Shown one piece after another: positions 42,666 through 50,839 of a stretch of DNA of 64,000 nt. A program made the translations under genes and the position numbers. The notes below the pieces were generated by a model that saw only the letters and a program-made list of their open reading frames with translations, ran no database searches and was not told where the DNA came from. Source of the stretch: a virus; IMG/VR virus record IMGVR_UViG_3300036864_000108, positions 5,755 to 69,754 of that record. One strand, given 5' to 3'. Each line of letters opens with the position of its first letter. The first letter of the stretch is position 1.

Positions 42666-43489
42666 CAGGCGACCGCGGGTGCCCGCATGTACGGCGCCAA
42701 CAGTTCGCGGACCCCATTGGGAAGGGCGAACGGCAGGGTGGGGACGTACACGTCTTCCCCGCCTTGCAGGGGGAGCCCGGTGGCGCCGCGCTGCGACCGC
42801 CACAGATGCCTGACGAGCTCTTTGGTGGCGAGTGTGATGGGGGCGGGGATGATGACCCGGCCGGCGACGTAGGTCCACAGGTACAGGCCGGCGGGGAACC
42901 GGGTGTATCCGTCTTTGTATGTGATCCTGCCGTCCGGGTCGACGTCCAGGTCGGCGACGGTGACGGTGGTGCCGCCGGTGGCGACGGAGGTGACGGTGGT
43001 CACGGAGATGACCGGTGCTTGGTGGAGCCATATGGTGGCCCGCCCGTACTCGTGGCGTTGCCGCTCACTTGTGACGGTGCGGCGGGCGACTGGCCCCACC
43101 TCGTATTCGATCCTGGCGCAGGCGGCTTGCAGGAAGTGTTCGAGCTCAACGTCGTTGGTGGTGATTCCCGCCGCGTTCAAATGCGTCTTTGCCTCGGCCA
43201 GTCGGACGAAGGTGCCGGAGTCGGCGGGGGCGACTACGAACTCTTCCTCGTACCCGCCGGCGTTCGCGCCGGTCGCCTGCCAGTACCCGTGGTAGCGGCC
43301 GGCCTGCGTGCTCGTGACGTCCTTGTCGTACAGGCCGGTGGACGTGGGTGTGACGGTGAACGGGGAACCGACGGCTGCGGTGCCGTCGGGGAGGGTGACG
43401 GTGAGGGTCATGGTGCCGGCGTTCGCCAATACCCCTGCGGCGTCTTTCACGGTGGCGGCGAACGGCAACACGTCACCGATGGTGAACAT
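42665..43489 (-). CDS. Head-tail adaptor with an N-terminal Ig/BppU-like extra domain
   Basis: N-terminal GD....A.VKD..G.L......LTVT.PDG....TG.Y.......AG.....W.ATG; C-terminal V.LAEAK.HLN...D.EL..F..AA...TYVAG...P..I.LA...L..HLW..Q...V.ELL.PY. Confidence 0.85.
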   Translation of the reverse strand: MFTIGDVLPFAATVKDAAGVLANAGTMTLTVTLPDGTAAVGSPFTVTPTSTGLYDKDVTSTQAGRYHGYWQATGANAGGYEEEFVVAPADSGTFVRLAEAKTHLNAAGITTNDVELEHFLQAACARIEYEVGPVARRTVTSERQRHEYGRATIWLHQAPVISVTTVTSVATGGTTVTVADLDVDPDGRITYKDGYTRFPAGLYLWTYVAGRVIIPAPITLATKELVRHLWRSQRGATGLPLQGGEDVYVPTLPFALPNGVRELLAPYMRAPAVA

Positions 43490-43492
43490 CGC

Positions 43493-44887
43493 TTAGCCTC
43501 CTCCGACTCCTGCCATGGCCCGTTCCCGGGCCTCCACGCGGCCCACGTCGCGCGCGCGGGTACCGACGGTGGTGGGGGTGCGGTCCCTGGCGGTGACCCC
43601 TGCTGGTGCCCGTGTGCGGGCGTTGACGCCGGCCACAGCCCGGTCCCTGGCCTGTACTTGCCCGCGGGTGGTCGGTGGGGTTGATGTCGCGGCTGCGGTG
43701 AGGCTGCCCGCACCGGTCAGCGACGCGGTCACCCGTTGCACGACGGCGGCGGTGAGTGTTCCCGCGCCCGTGAGGGTTGTCGTGGCGGGGGTCAGGACAA
43801 CGGGTGCGGTTAGGGTGCCGGCGCCGGTGAGGGTGGCGGTGGCGAACCGGATGACCGTCGCGGATGCGGTGAGTGTTCCGCTGCCGGTCAGTGTCCCGGT
43901 GCCGCTGATGACTCCGGCTGCGGTGACCGTGCCCGCACCGGTGAGGGTGGCTGGGGCGCGTTGCGTGACCGGAGCTGTGAGGGTGCCGGCACCGACCAGT
44001 GCGGCGGTGCCGTTGACGACGCCGACGCTGCTGGCTGTCAGGGTGCCCGCGCCGGTCAGTGTCGCGGTGGCCTGCTGGGTTTGGGTGGCGGTCGCGGTGA
44101 CCGTGCCCGCGCCAGCCAAGGTGGCTGTTACGGCCTGCGTGACCGTCGCCGTGAGACTGCCGGCGCCGGCGAGGGTGGCGGTTCCTTGGACTATCCCGCC
44201 GCTTGTCGCGGCCAGTGTGCCCGCACCTGTGAGGGTGGCGGTTGCGGCCTGGGTGACAGTCGCGGTGAGGGTGCCGGCCCCGATGAGCGCGGCGGTTGCG
44301 GCTTGAGTGGCGTTGGCAGTCAGCGTCCCCGCGCCGACCAGAGTGGCCCCGGCGACCTGCGTTGCTGTCGCCGTGACAGTGCCGGCGCCAGTGAGGGTGG
44401 CAGTGGGACCGGATGCTTGCGTGGTGGCTGTGACCGTGGACCCGGCGGACAGTACCCTGCCTGCCGCTGTGACCGTGCCGGCACCGGTGAGGGTGGCGGT
44501 GCCGTTGACGGCGCCGCTGACCTCTGACCCGGACGCGGTCAGGGTTCCCGCGCCCGTCAGGGTGGCGACCGCACGTTGGGTAACTGTGGCGGTGACCGTC
44601 CCCGCGGCGGTGAGGGTAGCGACCGCCCGCTGGGTGACAGTTGCGGTGACCGTACCCGCGCCGGTCAGACTCGCGGGCGCCTGCTGGGCAGCAGTAGCAG
44701 TCAGCGTCCCCGCACCCGTCAGGGTGGCGGGCGCCCGCTGGGTTTGAGTGGCAGTAGCGGTCAGGGTCCCCGCGCCGGTAAGGGTGGCAGTGCCCTGGAC
44801 GACACCCCCGCCGGCTGGGGCCAGCGGGTAGACGATGCGGCGTGGGCGGCGAACTACTGGCCGGCGGAAAACGGCCGCGCGGCCCAC
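43493..44887 (-). CDS. Long Thr/Gly/Ala repeat fibre (stalk) protein
   Basis: About 17 copies of ATL(T/A)GAGT(L/V)TA; Arg-rich N- and C-termini. Confidence 0.75.
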   Translation of the reverse strand: MGRAAVFRRPVVRRPRRIVYPLAPAGGGVVQGTATLTGAGTLTATATQTQRAPATLTGAGTLTATAAQQAPASLTGAGTVTATVTQRAVATLTAAGTVTATVTQRAVATLTGAGTLTASGSEVSGAVNGTATLTGAGTVTAAGRVLSAGSTVTATTQASGPTATLTGAGTVTATATQVAGATLVGAGTLTANATQAATAALIGAGTLTATVTQAATATLTGAGTLAATSGGIVQGTATLAGAGSLTATVTQAVTATLAGAGTVTATATQTQQATATLTGAGTLTASSVGVVNGTAALVGAGTLTAPVTQRAPATLTGAGTVTAAGVISGTGTLTGSGTLTASATVIRFATATLTGAGTLTAPVVLTPATTTLTGAGTLTAAVVQRVTASLTGAGSLTAAATSTPPTTRGQVQARDRAVAGVNARTRAPAGVTARDRTPTTVGTRARDVGRVEARERAMAGVGGG

Positions 44888-44890
44888 GTG

Positions 44891-45367
44891 CTAACCGATC
44901 TCGTGGACTGTGATGTTGAACGCGTAGTTACCGGCCGGTGGGGCGACGTTCGATTTGATGCCGAACCCGTTCGCCGTCCCCGCCGGGACCACAATGTACT
45001 CCTCCGGGGTGGGCGCCCAGTCGAACCCGAACGACGAGTTCCAACCGCGTTCGATGAAGTCGCCGTCGGTGCCCTCACCGGTGGCGGTGTGCCCGGCGGT
45101 GAACGAGGCGTCCGAGTCCGTCGGGTCATGGTTGAGGAACGTGGTCGCGGCGATTGAGGTCGTGCCAGTTGGGGCGGCGGTTTTCCGGATCAAGCGGACG
45201 CGGGCGTTCGCCGTCGTGGGGATGGTGGCCTGCGCCAGTTCGATGAGCACCCGGACGACCACGAACGGTTTCGTCGCCGCGGCCTGCAGATTCAGGTTGG
45301 TGACCGCACCCGGGTTCGTGATGACGGCCGACACGGTGTACATGCGCGCCGGGATGAGGACCGCCAC
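44891..45367 (-). CDS. Beta-rich virion appendage protein
   Basis: 158 aa, similar to 49562..50053. Confidence 0.6.
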   Translation of the reverse strand: MAVLIPARMYTVSAVITNPGAVTNLNLQAAATKPFVVVRVLIELAQATIPTTANARVRLIRKTAAPTGTTSIAATTFLNHDPTDSDASFTAGHTATGEGTDGDFIERGWNSSFGFDWAPTPEEYIVVPAGTANGFGIKSNVAPPAGNYAFNITVHEIG

Positions 45368-45370
45368 CAG

Positions 45371-46093
45371 TCACCTCCGGTAGTTCGGGTTGAACCTGCG
45401 CGGCATGCGGGGCGGCGTAGGCGCCGCGACCGCACCGGGCAGCGCCATGCAGAACCGGGCCTGCGTGTTCGCGGTGACCAAGGTCGCCGTGGTTGCCGGC
45501 ACCGTCCCCGCGGCCGCCTTCTCGCCGGTGGCCGCTCCGATGCCGCCGCCGGTGCCGTTGGACGTCCAGTTGTCGACTCGTTCCAGCACGTTGGCGAGGC
45601 CGGTGTTCGCCCACGTGCCCACGTTCGTGGTGGAGGCTGTGTCCTGGCCGGTGGTGACTGCCGCCAAGATGAGGCAGTCGGCGAGCGTCGTGGTCAACCC
45701 GTCGATGGACACGAACCCCGACGATGCGGCCACCGACGCTGCGGTTTGGTTCCACGGGTTGCCGGTGGTGACCACGCCGCGGACCCCGATGATCCGGGCG
45801 ATGTGGTGGTTCGTCACCGCTGGGCAGGTGATTGTCCCCGACTCGGGGCCGGTGGCGCGGTGCCAGCGGACCGTCAACCGGGTCGGCAAACCGGCTGTCT
45901 GCGACGACGGGGACAAGTTCACGTCCGCGTAGCCGGTGACCGCGCCGAGCGCCGCCGCGTTCAGGACCGGGTCCATCTCGTGCAGCAGGATCAGCACGTC
46001 GTCGGTATCGGTGCCTGTGGGGATACCGGGGGTGATTGCCGCCCCGGTGGAGTTGGCGGCGATCCCGACCGCGTACACGGTGGGCATCGCCAC
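45371..46093 (-). CDS. Beta-rich putative adhesin domain with Arg-rich C-terminal tail
   Basis: P.G....DVLIL..W.RA...; ends PTPPRMPRRFNPNYRR. Confidence 0.65.
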   Translation of the reverse strand: MAMPTVYAVGIAANSTGAAITPGIPTGTDTDDVLILLHEMDPVLNAAALGAVTGYADVNLSPSSQTAGLPTRLTVRWHRATGPESGTITCPAVTNHHIARIIGVRGVVTTGNPWNQTAASVAASSGFVSIDGLTTTLADCLILAAVTTGQDTASTTNVGTWANTGLANVLERVDNWTSNGTGGGIGAATGEKAAAGTVPATTATLVTANTQARFCMALPGAVAAPTPPRMPRRFNPNYRR

Positions 46094-46096
46094 GAC

Positions 46097-48166
46097 TCAG
46101 CCCTCGTTCTCGGAGACAACCTCAACGTAGGCGACGTCCTCGGTAGAGAACGTCTGCGTGTACGAAGACGCAGCGGCCACCACCTGGGAACCTGGGACGC
46201 CGCCGGCCTCCCAGTTCAAGGTCACCCCCCGCTCAACGGGGGTGTTCACGGTACACCCGATCAAACCTTGCGAGTTCGGATCACGCTGCGTTTCCGCGTA
46301 TACGCTGGCCGATTCCCCGAACAGCGCGGCGGTTTCCGTCTTCTGGACTGCCACCTCAGCGTAGATGGCGTGAATGCCGATGTCCAGCGCTGCGTCGCTG
46401 CTGAACCCAACCCGGAACGCGAGTGCATCGAGTTTTGCTTGCGTCCACCCGCCCGTTGGTTTGAACATGACACATGCCCACGCCGGGGTGCTTGTGTTGT
46501 CGAACTGGGGGTCAGTCGTCCCGAACATTAGCGTTTGCTCTGCGACGCCATCCCAGCCCCGGATCCCCAATGTGGCCGCTGTGGCACTAGCCGCCCACCC
46601 ACACGCGAGCATCCGCACGGCACGGATCACACCGGTCGGGGCGGCCGTGTACGTTTCCATGGGAATCTCAACGTAGTCAGCGGTAGCGGTAGCAGTTTGA
46701 GCAAACCCGTCCGCACTCACCCCGACGACGGGTGGTACTTCGTCGATAGCACCCCGCGCGGTAGTCGCGTTCCAATTGGCCATCGTCCCGTTCGCTGTGA
46801 ACGTATCAAAATTGGATGTAGATCCGGACACGGTAAGGGTGCCTGCCGGGTCGACCTTGAGAAGCACCACACTGTGATCGCCGAGTGGATAGTTCAACTT
46901 GATGGTGGTCAGCACGATGTCGTCGTAGCGGACCGTCGCGGTCGCTGCCGTGTTCCACCCGAATCGGACCGTGGAGAACGAGGACGCCCCTGTATGCGTG
47001 TAGGTTGCCTGCGCCTGGTCGATGCCGTCCAACTGCCAGTCGGCTGTGAACACCGCAGCACTCACGTTATAGCGAATGTCTAAGGCATACCAGGTGTCCG
47101 CGGCGACGGTGGCGGTACTTAGCTGCTCAGCTCCGGTGCCGAGTTGGACCCCGATCTTCTGGCTTCCCGACCGGTAGCGAGCGAACAGGCCACCGACTGT
47201 CGGCTCGATGCTGAACAAGTCGACGTCTGCTGCCGGCAAGGACCCCACAAATCGGAACGGCACTCGGGTGACCAGGATGTTGGTGGCGGAGATCGTCTCT
47301 ACGACGTTCTCGGCAGCGGCCGTGCTCGACAGTTCAAGACAGTACGAACCGCTGCGCGGTGTTGACGACACAATGGCTGGCGCGCCGGTCTGGCCGCTGA
47401 ACAGGGACGCTGCCGGAGAGTACGCGGTGGTGAGCCCAACCACAGTGCCCCACTCGAAACCCCAGTGGAGCAGAATATCCGGCAGTCTTCGAGAGCCTGC
47501 GGCGATGTAGCCGACCATCGTCGCGGCCAACGGTCCCGCAGATGCAAGCGAACTGGTCGCAGTGATCGAACCGATGCTGGTGGTGTTGCTGGGCGACCAG
47601 GACGTGGACAAGCCCACCGACACCCCAGTGCCGCTTGCGCCCTGATCATGTGTCTCAACGAAATCCCCGCCCGGTCCGCTGTGCCCACTCCACGTCGGCG
47701 CGGTTGCACTCGTTGAATCGTAGGCGCTATGCGCGGCGATGTAGATCACGTCGTAGTAGAGCCCCGTCGCCGGGATTCCGGTACCCACGCTGGTCGCGGT
47801 CGCCGTCGTGTGCGGACTTACGCTGTTCACGGGCGCGACTATTAGATCAGTCAGAATGCCTGAAAGTTCGTAGACCACCCAGGCGCATGGGGCGGCAGTA
47901 CCGAGCGTAAGCGTCCACGATGTTGATCCAGCCGGGAGGGCTCCCGCCCCGAACGCACTGAAGATATATACCTTCTGGGTCGCCGCCCCCGGATCGGTCG
48001 AGTCGCGGGTGAGCCCGGCCGGGGCGGTGATCGTCGTGTTGTACGTCGATGCGATTATGACGAGCGCATTGCCTGCCGTCGTTCCTGTGGGCAGGGTGAC
48101 GCTGCCGCTGGCGGCGTTGAACTCGCCGCTGTTCGACTGGACGAAGTTGTCAACGGTCAGCGGCAC
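46097..48166 (-). CDS. Multi-domain lectin-like virion protein
   Basis: VQSNSG..SVTLP...TAGN.L; WGFE.G..PRSG.Y.L...DTWY..D...W..DG..RFG.....YDDI (ConA-like pattern). Confidence 0.65.
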   Translation of the reverse strand: MPLTVDNFVQSNSGEFNAASGSVTLPTGTTAGNALVIIASTYNTTITAPAGLTRDSTDPGAATQKVYIFSAFGAGALPAGSTSWTLTLGTAAPCAWVVYELSGILTDLIVAPVNSVSPHTTATATSVGTGIPATGLYYDVIYIAAHSAYDSTSATAPTWSGHSGPGGDFVETHDQGASGTGVSVGLSTSWSPSNTTSIGSITATSSLASAGPLAATMVGYIAAGSRRLPDILLHWGFEWGTVVGLTTAYSPAASLFSGQTGAPAIVSSTPRSGSYCLELSSTAAAENVVETISATNILVTRVPFRFVGSLPAADVDLFSIEPTVGGLFARYRSGSQKIGVQLGTGAEQLSTATVAADTWYALDIRYNVSAAVFTADWQLDGIDQAQATYTHTGASSFSTVRFGWNTAATATVRYDDIVLTTIKLNYPLGDHSVVLLKVDPAGTLTVSGSTSNFDTFTANGTMANWNATTARGAIDEVPPVVGVSADGFAQTATATADYVEIPMETYTAAPTGVIRAVRMLACGWAASATAATLGIRGWDGVAEQTLMFGTTDPQFDNTSTPAWACVMFKPTGGWTQAKLDALAFRVGFSSDAALDIGIHAIYAEVAVQKTETAALFGESASVYAETQRDPNSQGLIGCTVNTPVERGVTLNWEAGGVPGSQVVAAASSYTQTFSTEDVAYVEVVSENEG

Positions 48167-48202
48167 GACCCATAACCCCCCCTCGGCTCTCGGGGGAGTG
48201 CC

Positions 48203-48613
48203 CTAATATCCACTGGCATCCACCGTGATTCCCGCCGCCGCGATCTGGAACGTGTTGCCGTTAGCCACAGAGATCGGCTGGCCGGTGAAGGAGCCGAAGA
48301 ACCAGCGGATCGGTGTACCGGCCTGATCCCAAATGTTCAACCCGACGATCGACCAGGAACCACCGGAACCATTAGTCCACGACAACGCCGACGTGGGGCC
48401 GGTGGCCTGCCCCGACGCGGCGGCGTTGAAGTCGCAGACGGTGCCGCCGGCCGTATAACCGGTGCCGGTCAACTCGGTGCCCGTCGCCGACTGGGACGGC
48501 GCTGTCGAGGTGAGCGACACCTTCGGCTGGGTGCCTGTGAACAAGGTGGGCACAGCAGTGCCGAGCAGCGTGTCCAGCACCTTGTTGATCTGCAAGGTGA
48601 CCATCATCGCCAT
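48203..48613 (-). CDS. Small virion structural / fibre subunit
   Basis: NKVLD..LG....L....P....TGTE..G.GY......F.AA.....W....G..IWD.......F.G......V..G.TF.I.AG.I; a pattern recurring in phage fibre clusters. Confidence 0.7.
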   Translation of the reverse strand: MAMMVTLQINKVLDTLLGTAVPTLFTGTQPKVSLTSTAPSQSATGTELTGTGYTAGGTVCDFNAAASGQATGPTSALSWTNGSGGSWSIVGLNIWDQAGTPIRWFFGSFTGQPISVANGNTFQIAAAGITVDASGY

Positions 48614-48741
48614 TACTGGTTCTCCTCGCTGATGCCGCCGACACCCTGGACGACGATGCCAGTACCGGACTCGACGACGTTGCCGTCGGGATCTACTACT
48701 TGCCAGCCGACCTCGACCAGCTCAGGTGTTTGTTCAGACAT
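48613..48741 (-). CDS. 42-aa protein
   Basis: Manual translation MSEQTPELVEVGWQVVDPDGNVVESGTGIVV...; TAATG coupling. Confidence 0.55.
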   Translation of the reverse strand: MSEQTPELVEVGWQVVDPDGNVVESGTGIVVQGVGGISEENQ

Positions 48742-49558
48742 GCACGCTTCTCACTTCCATGTCGTATTCAGTAGACGGATTGAGCCCGGTCATCGAGTAC
48801 GACGTTGAAGTCACATCCCGGGTAATCTCCGCGCCCTCCAGGTACACGTCGTACCCGGATGCGTCGGGGGTCGCCGCCCACGACAAGTCGATCTGTGTGG
48901 ACGAGATGACGACCGCGGTCAGGTTCGCGGGCGGCCCGAACCCCGCATTCACCGCCGACAAGCTGCCAACACCAGTGAGGGCAGCGAGGACCCGCTGGAC
49001 GGTTGGTGCGGTGAGTGTTCCCGCGCCGGTGATGGTGGCGGGCGCTGACTGGCGGACGGGTGCGGCGAGAGTACCCGTCCCCGCCAACGCGGCTGGTGCC
49101 TGCTGGGTTACAGCTGCCGCGAGAGTCCCCGCGCCGGTGAGGGCAGCGGTCCCCTGAACGGTGCCCCCGGCGGCGGCGGTCAAGGTACCGACGCCGGTCA
49201 GGGCGGCGGGCGCCGACTGGACAGCGGGAACTGCGAGGGTGCCAGCGCCAGTCAGGCTGACAGTTGCCTGCTGGGTGACCGTCGCGGCGACCGTGCCGGC
49301 GCCCGTCAGGGCTGCGGGTACCTGCTGGACGACAGGCGCCGCGAGACTACCCGCACCTGCTAGTGCGGATGGAGCCTGTTGGGTGACCGTTGCGGCAACT
49401 GTGCCGGTGCCAGCCAGAGTCGCGACCGCCTGCTGGACAACGGGCGCCGTGACCGTACCAGCGCCAGCCAGCGCCGCGGTCCCATTGACGACGACCGGGA
49501 CATCGGCAGCTACCGGGACGCGGGCGCGGTGAACGTTAGCTACGAGCCCGCGGCCCAT
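48734..49558 (-). CDS. Thr/Gly/Ala repeat fibre protein ending in a fibronectin type III domain
   Basis: About 9 AAL(T/A)G(A/T)GTL repeats; PPANLTA...SSTQIDLSW....ASGYDVY.....TSY..TGL.PSTEY...VRS. Confidence 0.8.
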   Translation of the reverse strand: MGRGLVANVHRARVPVAADVPVVVNGTAALAGAGTVTAPVVQQAVATLAGTGTVAATVTQQAPSALAGAGSLAAPVVQQVPAALTGAGTVAATVTQQATVSLTGAGTLAVPAVQSAPAALTGVGTLTAAAGGTVQGTAALTGAGTLAAAVTQQAPAALAGTGTLAAPVRQSAPATITGAGTLTAPTVQRVLAALTGVGSLSAVNAGFGPPANLTAVVISSTQIDLSWAATPDASGYDVYLEGAEITRDVTSTSYSMTGLNPSTEYDMEVRSVHV

Positions 49559-49561
49559 GAT

Positions 49562-50053
49562 CTACGCAGGTTCTTCCCACACGCACCATGGGATGCAGTT
49601 GATGTCCACATCGAATGTGGTGCGAATACGCAAGGAACGTGACGCCTTCGCTTTAGGCCGGCGACCCTCCGGGAACCACACACCGTAACCGGTCTGCGGG
49701 TGAACCGCCTGCGCGTCGAGGAACCGTGACGCTGTGATGGTGCCCTCCGCCGCGAACCCGTATCCGGTGGCACCTGTCCCACCGACGCACAACGACGATG
49801 GAGCATCGTCGCTCTCCCACTTGTCCGGGGTCAATGACGTCCCAGTGGTGGCGGCCACATCCACATCAACGAGGACCACGTTCCCCGGTTCCGCTGTTGC
49901 CGAGATCCCCTTGAACGAGATACCCCACCCGTGGACCCGGATGTCCGTGGTCGACGGGGTGAGGATTTGCAGCACCGTTTTCACAGCGGCGGACGTGGCA
50001 ACCTCGGTGATCGCATTGGATGTCTTCGGAGTGGCGATATATAACGTGCCCAC
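49562..50053 (-). CDS. Beta-rich virion appendage protein
   Basis: KTVLQ....T..IRV..WGISF.G.....P..V.L; AEGT; H.PQ.GY..WFP. Confidence 0.65.
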   Translation of the reverse strand: MGTLYIATPKTSNAITEVATSAAVKTVLQILTPSTTDIRVHGWGISFKGISATAEPGNVVLVDVDVAATTGTSLTPDKWESDDAPSSLCVGGTGATGYGFAAEGTITASRFLDAQAVHPQTGYGVWFPEGRRPKAKASRSLRIRTTFDVDINCIPWCVWEEPA

Positions 50054-50067
50054 AATCGACCCTCTCC

Positions 50068-50820
50068 TCAGACGAACCTTGCTCGCGACGCCGACACCTG
50101 ACGGCCACGCGGCTCGCGGCGCTGCAACGGCCGGTCACCAGCGGCGACAACGACAGCCTTGATCTCAACAGCGATGCCACCCGGGCGGTTCGACGTCGTC
50201 CACGATGCGTCAACCGTCAGATCCTCCCCAAGCCGCCACTCAGTCTGCAGGCACAGGCTTTTCCCGCCGCTGCCCGTGGCGACGTCAGCCAGTTCCGTGA
50301 ACCCCGACCCGGGGGTCGTCGCCTCGTTATTTTGATGCGAGAACGCGCCGTACGCAGCATTGTTGGCCGCGTCCCCGAATGCGCCCGGCAGGGTCACAAC
50401 CAGGCTTGTCGCCGCAATAGTCGAGTTCGTTGTCGGCTGGATCACGGCCCCGGAGCCGTTCGTCCCCGAGGTGTCCACCCCGTCGAACTCGGCCAACGCC
50501 CACGCGGCGTTCGCGAGCGTCACCGACGTGGTCCAGTCGATCGTGATGACCCCCGACGACGGGGCTGCCCCCATCGAACGGAACAGGAACAACGTGGCAC
50601 GGTCGGTTGTGCCCGACGCGTCGTAGTTGACCGACCCGACCTGCACCCAGGTCAGGCCGTTGCCGGTGACCGTCGGGGTTATCGGGTTGGTGCCACCCGC
50701 AGTGCCGGCGACGCACGCCAGTAATAGGAGCCTGTTAGCGCCGGGAGAGACGCTGGCAGTGTTGTACGACTGGGCGGTGAACCCGGTGCTGGCGGTGAGG
50801 TTGACCGCGGTGATCGCCAC
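50068..50820 (-). CDS. Beta-rich putative adhesin domain with Arg-rich C-terminal tail
   Basis: Paralogous to 29126..30019; ends RPLQRREPRGRQVSASRARFV. Confidence 0.65.
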   Translation of the reverse strand: MAITAVNLTASTGFTAQSYNTASVSPGANRLLLLACVAGTAGGTNPITPTVTGNGLTWVQVGSVNYDASGTTDRATLFLFRSMGAAPSSGVITIDWTTSVTLANAAWALAEFDGVDTSGTNGSGAVIQPTTNSTIAATSLVVTLPGAFGDAANNAAYGAFSHQNNEATTPGSGFTELADVATGSGGKSLCLQTEWRLGEDLTVDASWTTSNRPGGIAVEIKAVVVAAGDRPLQRREPRGRQVSASRARFV

Positions 50821-50839
50821 AAGTCACCCCCGACGGCGT

